A DNA stretch of 56,444 nucleotides, the filler included, from Dimargaris cristalligena (Eukaryota), in assembly GCA_003614675.1 (NCBI GenBank). It is 4 parts of 4 records of this genome, joined end to end, with 100 filler letters (N's around TTAATTAATTAA, not from the genome) between each part and the next. Parts side by side here need not be neighbours in the genome. Positions count along the whole stretch, not along the records: positions 1 to 14,092 come from ML002967.1; 3 more parts are not named here. One strand, written 5' to 3'. The translations under genes and the position numbers were made by a program. Shown here one piece after another: positions 1 to 13,788 of the stretch (position 1 is its first letter; every line of letters begins with the position of its first letter). Under the pieces are notes generated by a model. It worked only from the letters and a program-made list of their open reading frames with translations. It ran no database searches and was not told the origin of the DNA.

Positions 1-2608
1 AATATTCCAAACATAACCAGAAATATGTGAATGAAAGGGTTGGTGGGGTGAATTGTAAAACTATCTCGATTGGACTATATATGATCATCTATTGAGGAAT
101 AGATTATCACTATTTCGTCCAAATGGGACACCTATCAATATAAGTTTTAAATATGTGTGAAACTCGGCCCAGTTGTATAGGATTTTAAATGAAATTGCTG
201 TATCCGCAGTCACGGTAGGGCCTGGCCCTGGTCATCAAAATGGCACAACTCCATTAGAGTTCTCCGGTACAGCCGGGACTATGACCCCAGTTACTATGGC
301 CGAAGATCAGTGTGTTTTACAGCCACCCTTGACCCGGCCAGGGACTCCCTGTTAAACCTCCCTCCTTCCCTTCGCCAGTATTGCGATATATTAGTGCATG
401 TCATTCCCGAGGGTTTGATGAAATTACTGCTGGCCCTTCTAATGGCTTGGATGTTAGTTATTGGTTATATAAAAGTGCACTGCCAGCGCACCTTGATTCC
501 CCAGTTTACTAGCCTTCCCAACGCTGCCATTAAGATTCACACTATAAGTTACTCCTCATTAAATACGCCCATACCATTCACTAATACAACAATATATGGG
601 TCGGAAAATAGGCGGAATAGTCATGCTTAATCAGTAGTATTTGCCTCATCCAACGGATTTTTCATCATATAGTCTGGTTGAATCTTTCCCATATATATAT
701 CAAAAGTCCTTTTGATAAATGTTTTCACTATAGGGGGAAAAATACATTTACTTGTCGACTTCAGGTTTATGAGAGCACACGACACTCAATACGAAATTGG
801 GGCAACACTCATTGAATAAAAAGCGACAGAATGCTAGATAGCGCTAACAGGCTACGGTGTCGGAGTATCAAAATTAAAGTGAAAAATGCCTCGAAGATGG
901 CTAACTAAATCACACATGGTAACCCTCATTTAAAACGGCAGCAGTCGGGCTGCTCAGGCGGTCGTTCAACCAACAACCTAGGATAAATACTACAAAGTGG
1001 AAGAGGCTGTGGAATATGGGGGACTGATGGATTGGTGGCTTCGGTTATTCTATTACAAACTAATTAATAGTGACATGACTGAAGTCCCGGCCCTATTGAT
1101 ATACCGATTTGTGTTGATTAAGGAAGAATTTGTAGCCATCTATATTGAATAAACGGACGGATGCTCTAAATAGCTCAATCTACATGTGGCCCCAGTCGCT
1201 TGGATGTGACTAATTAAAGCAGGTGGAACATCAGTCAACCAAATAATGCCCAGAATTATAGAGTTTTCTAAATATGGGTATATAGTGAGGAAACGGATTA
1301 GCCCAAAAGTCCATCAAATAATTCGATGGGTTTATCGGTCGCCAATACAGCCTTATATATATACTGCGGAAATTTTCCCCTTTTTGAGAATAGAGGTGAG
1401 GAGTACTCAAAGGAGGTGCTTACACTCAACAATCAAAACGCCCCCCCCCCTCTTTGGATACATTATCATATTTGGAGTCTACATATTTTATTATTACTAT
1501 TGAAGCATTTTTAAGAATTGCCTTTGCAAATGTCTTGCTTTTCTCAAGCATAACTTCTCTTTATCAGTTAAATAAAGTTATTGATGATAGATGAATGGCC
1601 AAATTGGCGGGATATTCATGTCTAATCAGCCATCCTGTTGGTCTGACTGGTTAATTGTTTATATATATATTTACCATCTGGTGAATCCTCCATTTATATC
1701 TTAATCAAAATCCTAAGCAGCTTCGGTTGAAGTTTACGAAGCCGACGGTATAACCAATGATTCATTTCTAACTCATAAAAACACCAATACCCCAAAGTCA
1801 CTGGGGCTTTCTGGATTAAGCATGACTTCGATACTAATATGGAGAAATACATCGCATATAATATTCATTTGATAAGTAATTTCAAACATTCGTTGAGGGA
1901 CTGCATCGAAACATTGAAATAAAGGCAAAATAGGCTGTGCGAATAAGGCGGAGTTACAATTAATATGATTACAGCATAAAAGGTAAGGAGGTGGGGTAAG
2001 CAAACTGAGTAGTGTGTGTGTGTAAGTCAATTTGACAACAAAAAAAACAAAAGTTTGATATTCGCCAATATTTAGTAGGTAAAGGAACTGAAAGAATGAA
2101 TTAGTATGGAGTGTCTATAAATATACGACAAAGGACAAGAAATATACCCACGTGTCTATAAGATAGCATTTGGATTCAAGATCAAATATAAAGCGGTATA
2201 ATGAAAGTGAGCGCTGGGGAAAAATTACATTTCAAAGCCACACGTTAGAAGGAATACACCTTGGTAATATCTCAACTAGAAACATCATATCCATCAACTT
2301 AGGTACGACTGTAGACTGGGTAGTGGGTGAACGAGTGGGGCGACGAGGAAGTGGGCGATTTCGTGCTTTGGCAGGTAACCGGCGTACTTATTGGATTTAA
2401 TTCAGGCAAACCTCGGTTAAGGGGGAGAGCCATTGCCTGGTTCAATAAATGACCGCCTCCCTGGCTGAAAGGATGGGATGTTGGGGGAGGGTTGTTGCGC
2501 GCGTTACTATTACTATTTCCATTGACAATCATGTTCAACGGTGGTAACGGAGTCGGCAACGACTTGGGCATACTACTCGCGGGCAGCGATGGGCGAACCG
2601 CTACGGAA

Positions 2609-5251
2609 CTAGATGAGGGGGGGGGGCGAAGCACGCTGTATGGTCAAAGTGGCGGGCGGGAGATTCGATCGCTGTTCTCCACGCTGGTACTCCCGACTGT
2701 CGCCTGCATTATTTCCAACATTGACCCCATGTCGATTAGGGTACTCAAGGGAGTGCTGGGAATGATGGTGGTAGTCATCCGTACGGAAATTGAAATAGGA
2801 CGGCGAATGGGGCGGCGAATGAGTGTGGCCACCGCTTCCATGACTTCCGTATGATGGACGACGTGAGGCAGGATGCTCCTCCAAGGGGGCGTGATCGTAC
2901 GGCACGGTGTTGGGACTCCGTTCCGGATGAGCTGGGGAGGGCCTATTCGTAGCCGAAGCGGATGACGATGCCGAATGAGGTGGGGGGCGATGGCTGGGGC
3001 GGTAAGAGTGATGGGGCGCAGAATGACCACCACCGCTACCATTACAATCCTCAGCATTTCGGGAACCTAGCACACAGTCTAAATCCTGAATCAGGGATGT
3101 GGTCTTCGATAGCAAACCGCGAAGCCGCTCGGTCTCCTCATGAAGACACTGTCGGTGCTGCATCATCTCATCACGGTTAAAAGACTTGGGCTCGGGCGGG
3201 CCGTGGTAATAGGAATGATTATCTTCAGGGGCGCGAGTATACACAGGGTAATGATAGGGCTCGCTGGCAGCTGCCGGGGCGGATATGGACGGCAACGGCG
3301 CCTGGTGACCCCGATGGGATGATCGGTGATGATGATGGGACGGCTGATGAACGTGCGATGAAGAATGAGCATGCCGATAGGTCGAGTGGGAATGGGCTGA
3401 CTCCCGACCGCCATAGCCAGCCGTCTCATGTGGGGCAGGGGCAGACTGACGGTGAGGCGACTGTTCACCGGCGGTGGCAGGGTAATAGACGGGAGTGTGG
3501 GTTACCCGATAATCACCACCGTTGTTATCGGCCGACCGGACTTCACTGGCTGGATTGCGGGGGGACACGGCCGAATGAGGGGGCGAATACGCCGGGGGCG
3601 CTAAGTAAGGGGCCGACATCGCCGCAGTCGATGGGGCTGCCGTCACCGACCCAGTATGGCGACCATCGCCAGAACCGTTCAAGGAAGGCAAATTAAAATG
3701 GAGGGAAAAGTCCGAGCGGGGATGGGGTGGGGAACCGGCCGAAGCCGGAGTGGTATAGTGGACCGGCGGGGAGTGGGCCACCGAAGGGTGAGAAATGCCA
3801 GCAAGCGACATGGGTGGCACGGACACTCCGTCCGAACCCCGGGCGCGTTTGGGTGGGGAGGGCAGCATGTCGGGATGGAAGGGGTGATGGTCCTCCACCT
3901 GCACATTGACTGGGGCGCGTAGAATATGCTCCTCCCGGGGCCGCTTGCGGAGTGGGAAGTGGTCTTCGATGGCGGGGACTTCACCCATTACGGGGATGAT
4001 TTCACCCGGGGCTGGGCCGCTGGAGAGGGGGCCATCCCGACGGGCTGAGAGGCCATTATGCGAGGAATAGGGTAACTGGGGAGGGGAAAGATTAACACCG
4101 CTGGCTGAACCATTACCGCCATGTTGGTGGTGGTGATGGTGGGAATGATGGTGGCGACCGGGTCCTTGAGAGACAGTCGGCTTAAGGTCACCGGAAGGAG
4201 TTTGAGAACTCGATTGTTCGGGCGAGTGCGCGGCGGTTTGTTTCGGGGCCACCGCGGCACGCTTACGGCGTTTAATCACGGACCGCTTCATATGGACGGG
4301 CCGATGGACGCCGTGTAGCTTATAGTAAAGACCACAGGCATTACAGATGGTATTGCCGTCAGCATCCCGGCGCCATAGGGGCGTGTGGTCGGTCTCGCAG
4401 TTGAAGCACTTGCTAGGTAGGCGGTGCATATGGGTTTGATTGAAGGCAGGGCAACCCCCGCATGCAGCGGACCCACCGGTACCATTACAGTGACCGTCAC
4501 CGGGGCAGTCTCCATCGGCGTGTTGGGCGTCTTTAACCTCTTCGGGCCCATGGGCTCCGGTTACAGTGGCATGACCAGCCGAGGCCGGTAGATGGGCGTT
4601 GCTGGCGTTGACAGCAGCTGCACTGCCGTTCGCATTGGAGTCCCAGGCGGGCTCCTGGGTGGCTATGTTGGCACCAGCACTGCTGTTCCGCTTCTTACTG
4701 TTGTTGCCCTTGAGCCAAAACGGACGGACTTTACCGTAGGAACGGTAGTATAGGCCACAGGCATTACAAATGGGCTGGCCCTGTTCGTCCCGACGCCAGA
4801 GCGGAGTAGTATTAGTATGGCAATTGGAGCATTCCAGGGCAGAAACGGTGGAGAAAACGTCTTTGCGTGCGGCCAGGCCCGTCTTGGGCTTAGCTGAAGC
4901 GTGGGCGGGGGATTTCCCGACGGGTTTGGCGGGCGGGGTCGAGGTCGCCACTACTAAGCTGGGCTCCGGAGAAACGGTCAGGGAAGGGGAGACTTGGCCG
5001 TAATGAGGTAGCGCAGACAGAACCAGGGCAGCCTCGTTGGTGGCGGGTGATTCGGAACGTGGACTAAGGCTAGGACTGGGCTCATGGCTGGTCTGGGGGC
5101 TGTTCAGCGGATGGGGCGGTGAACGGGAATCGTGGGGGTCGATGAGGGGGCGTTTAGATGGAGCAGAAGGGACGACGTATGGGTGGGCATAACGGGGATC
5201 AGATTCCAAGCCTGAATTACTGCTACGACGGACTGAGTTCGGAACGGACAT
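2609..5251 (-). CDS. sreA: Iron-responsive GATA transcription factor (SreA/Urbs1/Fep1 type)
   Basis: Two GATA fingers ([28 protein letters not shown] and [33 protein letters not shown]) flank the family's Cys-rich motif ([23 protein letters not shown]). A late helical, coiled-coil-like segment is present ([32 protein letters not shown]). Intronless 880-aa ORF; the true stop may be at 2299 (see frameshift finding). Confidence 0.93.
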   Translation of the reverse strand: MSVPNSVRRSSNSGLESDPRYAHPYVVPSAPSKRPLIDPHDSRSPPHPLNSPQTSHEPSPSLSPRSESPATNEAALVLSALPHYGQVSPSLTVSPEPSLVVATSTPPAKPVGKSPAHASAKPKTGLAARKDVFSTVSALECSNCHTNTTPLWRRDEQGQPICNACGLYYRSYGKVRPFWLKGNNSKKRNSSAGANIATQEPAWDSNANGSAAAVNASNAHLPASAGHATVTGAHGPEEVKDAQHADGDCPGDGHCNGTGGSAACGGCPAFNQTHMHRLPSKCFNCETDHTPLWRRDADGNTICNACGLYYKLHGVHRPVHMKRSVIKRRKRAAVAPKQTAAHSPEQSSSQTPSGDLKPTVSQGPGRHHHSHHHHHQHGGNGSASGVNLSPPQLPYSSHNGLSARRDGPLSSGPAPGEIIPVMGEVPAIEDHFPLRKRPREEHILRAPVNVQVEDHHPFHPDMLPSPPKRARGSDGVSVPPMSLAGISHPSVAHSPPVHYTTPASAGSPPHPRSDFSLHFNLPSLNGSGDGRHTGSVTAAPSTAAMSAPYLAPPAYSPPHSAVSPRNPASEVRSADNNGGDYRVTHTPVYYPATAGEQSPHRQSAPAPHETAGYGGRESAHSHSTYRHAHSSSHVHQPSHHHHRSSHRGHQAPLPSISAPAAASEPYHYPVYTRAPEDNHSYYHGPPEPKSFNRDEMMQHRQCLHEETERLRGLLSKTTSLIQDLDCVLGSRNAEDCNGSGGGHSAPHHSYRPSHRPPPHSASSSASATNRPSPAHPERSPNTVPYDHAPLEEHPASRRPSYGSHGSGGHTHSPPHSPSYFNFRTDDYHHHSQHSLEYPNRHGVNVGNNAGDSREYQRGEQRSNLPPATLTIQRASPPPLI

Positions 5252-6215
5252 GTAAAGGGGATTAGTTAAGCACTACTAGTTAAAGGGATGAAAATCAAGG
5301 GATTTAGGTGGGGGGAGCTTGGGGATAAATTCAAGCCAGGGATAAACCAATATTAAAAATCAAATAAACGGCCAAATAATAATGTAATGGTGATAGACTA
5401 TAGGAGAAAAATATCCAGGCAAACCAAAATTAATATATGCGTCGGATAACTCAGGGACTGATGAAGGTGCAAGGGGACTTGACAGGTGAGCACAGTACAC
5501 GACTTAGAGGACCACTGAATGAAGTGCGTGGAAATAGAGATGTTTAGGGAAAAAAGAAGGGATGTTTGGGGTTTTAGAACCGAGAAAAATCAATAAGCTA
5601 ATGATGAGGCAATGGTTATTAATATGTGATAGAGAGGGAACTACTAGGTAGGTAGGTAGGTTATCAATGAGGTAAGAAAGGACCCTTAACTATGTACAAT
5701 AGATGATGATGGTAAAAGGCAACGAACAGTAGTAGTAGTAGTAGTGATCAGATAGAGAGGAAGGGTGGGGGGAGGAGGTGTTCCGTAGCAGTATATTCAG
5801 ACTGTTGTGTCAGTAGTAGTTACAACCCAAATAGTACAAAGGATATACGTCGAAATGGGGAGGAGGGTCCCTTAGTCGCGCTAAACGGTGGACTAATATG
5901 ATGATGGATCCACGAGGAATATCACAGGGAAAGAGAGAGGCGGTGGTGCACCGGGCGCAGAACCTCGTCGAGCTTTAAGCGAATGAGATAGAGGAATAGA
6001 CAGTAGAGGGATACTGAATATAGAGGGGGATTGGGTCGATAAGGGTTGATGATAATAGTGGAGAAATAATAAGACGACCGAATCAGAGATTGGATAAGGG
6101 CAGTATAGATGTAGAGAGTCCCGGGATTGGGAGGGATAAAATGACGCGAAAAATGGGAGCGGTAAAAAATGGAGGGATTAAAATCGGATCGCGTGCGCTC
6201 GATATAAACCGGGGA

Positions 6216-6326
6216 TTATAATCCGGTGAACGCTTTTGCCAGAGCGGTGATCCGACTATATGACGAAGTAGTGAAGGGGTGTTGGGTGACAGAAAAAACG
6301 GGGGCGCCTGCTAACGACGAAATCAT
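6216..6326 (-). promoter_or_regulatory. Candidate upstream ORF (36 aa) in the putative sreA 5' leader
   Basis: The only minus-strand ATG between 5252 and 7231; reads MISSLAGAPVFSVTQHPFTTSSYSRITALAKAFTGL*. Confidence 0.45.
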
Positions 6327-7154
6327 GAGGCGGAGAGTCACGGATATCGGTATAGGAGATTCAACGAACGGGGGTAAAAGGGGGGAAAGGGGTAGGGAAT
6401 AACAAATAAGAAAGGAAGAGGGAGGGAGGAAGGGTCTTTGGTACGATTGAAGACTCCAGCTAATATGGGCAAATATATTCGCGTAGAACGGAGAGGGTTT
6501 CCACGGCGAGTTAGTTAATAGGGTAAGCGGCGGGAAGGCACGTTGAGTCGGTGTGGACAAGGTTCAGTCCGGTGATGGGTCGAAAAGCGACTGGAGGGGT
6601 GGGATGGGTTAGAGGGGGTGGAAATCAGGGCAACAGTCAGTCAAAGGTAAGCACAGGAATAGGTATTAGGTAAAAGAGGGAGGGAGGGAAAGAGAGAAAA
6701 AAAGAACAAAGGAAAGTTCAAGGGTGAAACGAGTTCAGGACAACTGGTCAGTCAGGTGAAGCAGGCAGGGGGAGAAAGACAGCTAAAATAGGACAATAAT
6801 AATATTCACAGGCGGAATGAACAAGCAAGCTTAAACAGGGTCAGTATATAGAGAGAGGTTCGCAATACAGACTAGTTACCACCTAAACTTGTGTGGTTGA
6901 GGGGGAAAGAATGCTGAAGAGAAAAGGCGGAGAATGGTTCAGGACAGAGACTAGAGAGAGAAAGAGACGGTAAGTTCAAAGGCAATAGAAGGAACTATTA
7001 AGCAAAAGGGAGGGTTAACAAGAAGGGTTGAGAATCCCAGAAATAATGAAGAAGGACTTTAAAAGGTAGGACCGAATGCGGTAAGGATAAACTGAGGCAA
7101 GCAAAATGTGTGGGGGGAGAGGAAATAGCCCTGAGGACCGGGGCACCGAAGTAG

Positions 7155-7161
7155 TTTTATA
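7155..7161 (-). promoter_or_regulatory. Candidate TATA box for sreA
   Basis: TATAAAA on the minus strand at the upstream edge of the pyrimidine-rich, ATG-depleted block. Confidence 0.35.
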
Positions 7162-8709
7162 CAATGATGACGGGTGGTTGGTTGGTGGGAATGGGGCAAA
7201 GGAGAGAGAATAAAGATGGGACGGATGGTCCCATCAGTGCTTTTCGCTCACACACCCACAAAGGGGGTTAGATTGATGGTGGATAACAAAATGCCGAAAC
7301 TGACCAGGAAAAAGAGGGAGGGGGAGAGAGGTGTTCCACGCAAGTCAGAAGTTCCGAAACACCACAATGATAAGGAAGGCGATGGGAAGGGGGGGAACAG
7401 GCACTATTTGACACTTACCTAAACGGGAACTATAGAAACGATACTACTAGATGGCCGGAATAGAAAATAGAGGGAAGGAATATGGGGTTGTTAGGCACAC
7501 GATAACAAAACGGGGAGGGGGAGATGCTGGAAGATAAGCAATTTGCACTTATTTGGGTAGATGGCAATTTAAGGTAACCAGGGCTACATTTAGAGAGAAT
7601 GGAGGGAGGGAGGGCTGATTACAAGAGCAGCCGCTGTAGAAGAAGAATCCATCATCCACCCTCACACACCCGCCGTGTGCATACACTGTGACAGGCACAG
7701 CTAGTGAAGGTAGGGTAAGGTGGGGTGGTGAGGATGGTGGCGGGTTGAGTAAATGCGCCGCTTGGGCCTCGGCTTTGCTTATTACAATGCTTCCGTATAG
7801 AGAGAGCCCCCCGTCTTTGTACATGTATTATTTATATGCACATCCCACGTATCAAAAAAAGAACTACCGGCCACGGAATAATGAGGGTTAGGGGGAGGGA
7901 GCAAACCCCTCTCTCTCACCACAGGTGACCGCCGCATTGTAATAAAAAGGGGAGACGGAAGAGGGAGACAGAAGACTCTCTCGGGTGGCAACATGGAGAG
8001 ATAACCCCACAAAATGGATTGTGCAACCACCCAAAACTAATGATAGAGAGGAGGAAACGGGGGGAGACAAGAGAGAGTGAAAGATACGCCAATTATAGCC
8101 ACCAGGGCTGAACAAGATAACGATAGCGATAATGCTTTAAATAAAAACTTACCCACTGGGGTGCTGAGGGTGTATCACACGAGGGCTTGGGCCAGGCGAT
8201 GGTAGTACACGAATACTACCAAGACAAAAGAGCTGGTTCGGCGACTAGTCTAATAATCCGATGGTGATAATAAGAAAATATACGGCGAGGGGGAGCTAGG
8301 CCGGAAGGCCGATAGCGGCTGCATTGGGTTTTAATTGAGCCCTCTAAATATAATAAAATAGTTTAGGGCCTGTGTGCTCTGTACAAGCGCTAGTTGGGTA
8401 TTATAGGGCCAGTCAATAATATTCAATCCAAACGGGTTCACGGATACGAACGACGGAGGCGCAGGAAGGGTGAACGAGACGAAGTTTACACGACCCCTAG
8501 ATTACCAATGGGGGGGATAAAAGGAACTAATAATATTAGAAAAAGAAGGGGGCAGTAGAAAGAATATGGTCCGCCGAAGCTGCAGGAAAGGAAAGGGAAG
8601 GAAAGGACAGAGGAGGAGTGAATGCGGTGTTTATAGAGCGCAGATATTCCCACCGTTCGGATGTCACGGGGTTTAGCGTGGACTAGCCATGGAGGGCCAG
8701 GAGCGCCGC

Positions 8710-8731
8710 ATATATATATATATATATATAT
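8710..8731. repeat. (AT)11 microsatellite
   Basis: Seen directly in the sequence. Confidence 0.9.
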
Positions 8732-11700
8732 TTATAAGAATGGGAGGGGAGAGAAGAAAAGAGAAGAGGCTGGCTGCCAAGGTCGGCAGCGGGCATATAG
8801 TGTGGTGGCTATAATAGTAGCATATAATCTACGGGACGGGGAATTCTAGGGAGGGGGAGAGATAAAGGGGGGGGTGCCTCACTCAACAAGCTCCCACGAC
8901 ATCCCCCCCCCTTCACCATATAAGATTACGAACAAAGCATATACGGAGAAGGATTGGCCATCACCGAATTTCTTAGATTGCGATAATAAGCCAGTAGAGT
9001 ACTCCATACTACGTTCCTACACTGCGCTGGCTAACCAACAGCGCATATACACTCGGGACTATCAGAAAAGGGAAATTGTTATCATCAAATGAAAGGAGAG
9101 GAAGAGAGATCTAGTGGATGGCTATGATAGGTGGAAAAAAAGGCGCAGCTGACTGTAAAAATAGGGCCATGATAGTAAAAGTGGGGCACATCGTCTTCCC
9201 GTGGTATGGCGGCGGTGATGGATGGTGGTCATTCCCCCCTTTTCCTAGCCAGACTGCAGCCTCTCCCTCCCCTTCTCTTCCTTCCCTTCGTTCTTTGTCA
9301 TTCACTGCTCCTAACCCTCTAACCACTATACTGCCGGCATTATCTAAATTAGTTAAATGGGCGACCCCCGTTGGTGCCGCCCACCTCTCTCTCTGCCTCT
9401 TCCACACGCCTGCTGTCATTCATTTTGTACATCCCTCTCGGCCGTCGAATCGACGTAGATGACCCGCGGCTGACTCGGAACCCTCGGTGCCGAACTCAAG
9501 AAATACGCGGTAGGATTGGCCTCATTGTATTTAGCTCTCTCCCACCCACACATTACACTTTCCTTGGTGCGCGTATCCTCCTCCTCTTCCATCCACACCT
9601 ATCTCCCTCCACTCCGCCCATCACCATTGGCCTGGGGGGACGGAAGGTCCCGCCACTCCCATTTATCTTCCCCCTCCCAACCACTCGGATGCCCGTGTCA
9701 GAGTTACGCAATCTCACCAACCAGTTGAAAACGGCCTTCGTTGGCCTCAATCAGTGCCGGACAGGACTAATAAGGCGAATGATGAGATAAGAAACCCCCG
9801 TTCATTGGCCGTCAAGATAAGTGGATTGGGAAGGGACCGAATAAAAGACTGTGTGATAGATTATGGCACTGATTGGAGAGAATAATCGCTATTTTTATAT
9901 ATGCGCATATACACTTCCTACATTATATATAATCAATACACCTCGGGGCATCACTAGTCCTAATGAATGTGAATGTGAAACTGACCCCTGTTGACAAGGC
10001 CCCACCATCACCAATCGAGTGTACTGTTGTCAGTGGAGTATGCTTTTAACAAGGATCCACCACTTACCTCCGTAGATGTCCGAAAGACCGCCAGCCAGTC
10101 CGCGTATACCATTGAAGACCCCATTTATGCCCACTGTTGGGCTATATCTGCACCCGCGTATACCGAGACTGGGGCGATGGGCCAATAGATGGCTTCCATC
10201 GATCCTGATAAGATAAAACCCGACATCATGCGCCTAATGCAGTAGTAGTATTGGCTCTGCCCATCTCTTTTTACCCCTACATTGCTGATAGCATCTAGCC
10301 CAAGCCAAAGGTGTATCACCACAGCACCCCCTTATGTACAAATGCCCTCTTTTCCCGCACTGCTCTATGCCACTGCATCAAAGGGCAGTGCGGTAACCAG
10401 TCAGAGTGCTTACATGGAGAGAATGCGTTAAAGGGCGTCTTTTCCTTTTTACTCCCTCCTCAACATGCCCAACCAAAAAACACCAACGGTTAGCGATTAT
10501 CACCATTGATTCAACTAAAGAAAGTATCGGCTTTAAGCTATGTAAGTTAAAGCGATTGGACCAGGGCCATCATCACCTCAATAGATTCTTCAGATACTCC
10601 CCCCCCCTTATTATCCCTTTCCCGAAGCTCCGCATATTCGAAGGTTAATTGCAGCGGGCGATCTTAAACCATCCCAATGTATACAAAAGGTCCAATCGAC
10701 CAGCGTTTCCTTCTCTTACAGTTTGACGCCAGTCGCTTCCGCGCCGCCAGCCACGACACATGGGTTGCACAGTAGTACCCCTCCTCTATGTTCTCCGTTG
10801 AACCGACTATTATTAAACCGGTCCGTTTTCCTATTAAACCAGCTATTATTATACCACTGCAGCACCCTGGCGATTCCCTCCTATAGGGCATGCACTGCAG
10901 CCATCACCCGGTGGTTGGCCTTGGAGGAAAAGAGCCTCCCCAAGGGCAAGATAAACTACTCCGATTAAGACTTGCCTCCATATAAACCAGATTTAGATGT
11001 AGAGTGAGTGAGGGGAAATTAGATCAGTTCAGCGTGAGAACCCAACTAGAGGGGAAGAAGGGGCAGGCATGAAGTAATGCATAGTTTCATCGATAACCAC
11101 TGGATAATATAGTGCATTTTTTAAGAACTTATCCCCCCCCCTTTCATTTGAGTGAATGCACACCTTCATTAGTTTCCAAACCACTTGGTTTGATGTTATC
11201 GAAGTGTTCTGATACTGAAGTCCGCACACCCGTCAGATTGGGCCACCGACTCATTACCATAGGCGGAGGCTTTGGGCACACATGGACGGAAGAAGGTAGG
11301 CATATAGGGCTCGATGACCGTCCACTTTGCCGAGGTCGGTGTGGTTTCGAACCGCCGGCACTATGTCATGGACCACTGTATGGCCCGATTAGTCGGCAGG
11401 GGTGGACGATTTCGGATGGTCATTATACTCTAATGACCACCTCACCCAGTGGGTTATCACTTTGTTAATCTGAATATATATGACAATGGGCTGTACTATA
11501 ATACCTTTCAGATATCAACGGGGCTTATCAAAAATGGGTGAAGGGAGAGGGGGGGCAGTCCATAATATAGAGGCACATGTCCGAATAAGCCCACCATCCC
11601 AGTTCTTCATGCATTCGACTGCTTGATGTTTATCGATGGCAGATGGAAACCCAGCACTAACTGAGGTGGGGGAGCAGAGCTTGTGGCCGAATAGTGTAGC

Positions 11701-11912
11701 AGTGGCTGGTTAGCCTGCCCCCCATTCATTCCTTTCACCACAAATGAATGACATACTGGGCATTCAATAGCCGGATAGTTCTTATACTCATCTAGAATTC
11801 CCCGTAAGTTATCTCACCGGACTCACCTGATGGAATAGAGGCGCGGGTACTCTAAACCCAATTAGTTCAACCAGTATCTTACAGGTAGGAAAGCAGCAGA
11901 GGGATGAGGTAT

Positions 11913-11936
11913 AGAGAGAGAGAGAGAGAGAGAGAG
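11913..11936. repeat. (AG)12 microsatellite
   Basis: Seen directly in the sequence. Confidence 0.9.
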
Positions 11937-13788
11937 GGAAGAGAGGGGGGGGAGAACATCCGCTATTCAGTCGTTTTCGGTTGATGATTCCGAGACTTTA
12001 ATCCGTTTTAGACATCTCCCTGAGCACTGTCCCCATTAGGAAAAGAGGGGGGGGCTTTTTTGTGCATGTACCCTCCGATGGCGCCGATAAGCCCGATTAG
12101 TCAGGACGGGGTGGGGATACCCATCTAAAAGAGGGTAGGGCCCGTGTCACCTATTCGAGATATCCGGTGGACCATCAGGGATTGATAATAGTGTTCGCGG
12201 CTAAAGTTGACCCAATTGGGCATTCGCCCCGTATCTAAATGGGGCACGGGATATTGGTTATCTACCGGCCGCAGAAGTAAAGGGATACGGAAGAAGTGAC
12301 CTGCGTATTCCTTCTAGCAAGAACGGCAGTGCGAGAGAAAAGCGAGTGAATTGCCGGGGTCGTACAAAAGGAGTGTGAAAGTCACGACCCTTTCCCTCAC
12401 GTTATGGGAAGGGCAGGGTCAGCTGCCAGCCAACGGGCCGTAGCGGACATACGGGACGGCGTAGATGCTGGTAGGTAAAATCGGGGCCGGGATGCGTCAA
12501 TGCGGCCCTGCCGTTTCGCGCGGGCACTCTTTTTCTCCTAGTCATTTTGTCGCTCGCCCGGTCCTTATTCCGGCCAGGTGCCCCGCCCGGGCGGGTGCGT
12601 GCACTGCCTATTCTAAAAAGGCATTGGCAGGCCAGTAAGAGCCATGGGGACTACACATACCCAGCAACACAGTCACACCTACTCTCCACCCCCTTTGGCC
12701 GCAAGTTTAGTAGGTCCATGGGATATACTACCGTTAGTTCGAAGGACACGTCAACCTCCTTACCCGCTTTTATATATATAAACCTAAATTGCGGGAAGAC
12801 ATCTCATTGCCATTCATTTTTCTAGACGAACTGCGTGGCACTGCTGACAATGCTGGCTTAGATGGCCTGACCCGTTGGTATGCACAAGGACCGGTTAGCT
12901 CGTCCGGTGGGTCGGCTGTCCCAGTGGCCTGGATTAGGGCATACGTAGGATTTTCTTTGGCCCACACTGAATAATGCGCCTCCGTTCACTCCCGGCCTGG
13001 CCCACCTTGTTCATTAATCTAAACCTGGTAGTGGCTTGGCCCCATCCCCCCTTATTCACCATACGAATAACCACTTTAATAATTCCCTCCCATCCTGGCA
13101 CCACGTCTTCCCGCATTTCAAACATACCCGGCGGACAAGTCAACCACGAATCTACCGGATTATGTGTTTCCTTTGCCCCCTTCCCACTCTACTTCGATTG
13201 AAAAAAAGCAAAGAGAGAGAGAGAGAGCGACAGACTTAATATATAGGTTCCTCCCTTCCTCGCTCATCACAATCTCCAGGTCGGGAGGGACCACATTGGT
13301 TAGGTAGGAGTTGCTCTATCAGTGGGGAAAGTACTGGAGGAGGCAAGTCCCGCTCAGTTGGCCCAGGCACTATCTCGTACATCAAACCCTTCAAATTCCT
13401 TTCGTTTCTCGAATTGGTTATTGAGGGAGATCAGCCCATTTAGATATATCCGGGAGACTGTCCGTGATCCACTTTTCCCTACCTCTACATAAGCTGCCCA
13501 TTTTCGCATCACCAACCCCGCTTTGTACCATCGTACCAAGCTATCCGCACGCTGGTGAAATGGTCAATTATCCTATGAATTATTCCAAACCAATCAAAAC
13601 TGCAGAACACCTTCGCAAATATTAACGACAGCTGCCAATATAGGCGGAGTGAGGTACACGGGTGAAGAACGGGCAATAAAAATAGCTGGGCAGTCCTCCT
13701 TCACCTATGGGTGGGCATACAGCATCACCTGTACCCTTTTTGCGTAGTATCCGGCCGAGGCCTGAATCCGGGAGTAGTTCAACAAGGC

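Noticed and set aside
1-2290. Short ORFs at the start of the window and in the intergenic stretches 29483-32857 and 35400-38900
   Set aside because: Low-complexity or UTR-like translations with no motifs or consistent splice structure.
9689-9790. 33-aa small ORF MPVSELRNLTNQLKTAFVGLNQCRTGLIRRMMR after a CT-rich tract
   Set aside because: No homology or other support; ORFs this short are expected by chance.
11330-11362. GGTTCGA T-loop-like motif suggesting a tRNA (also near 52083)
   Set aside because: The flanks do not form a T-stem or cloverleaf.
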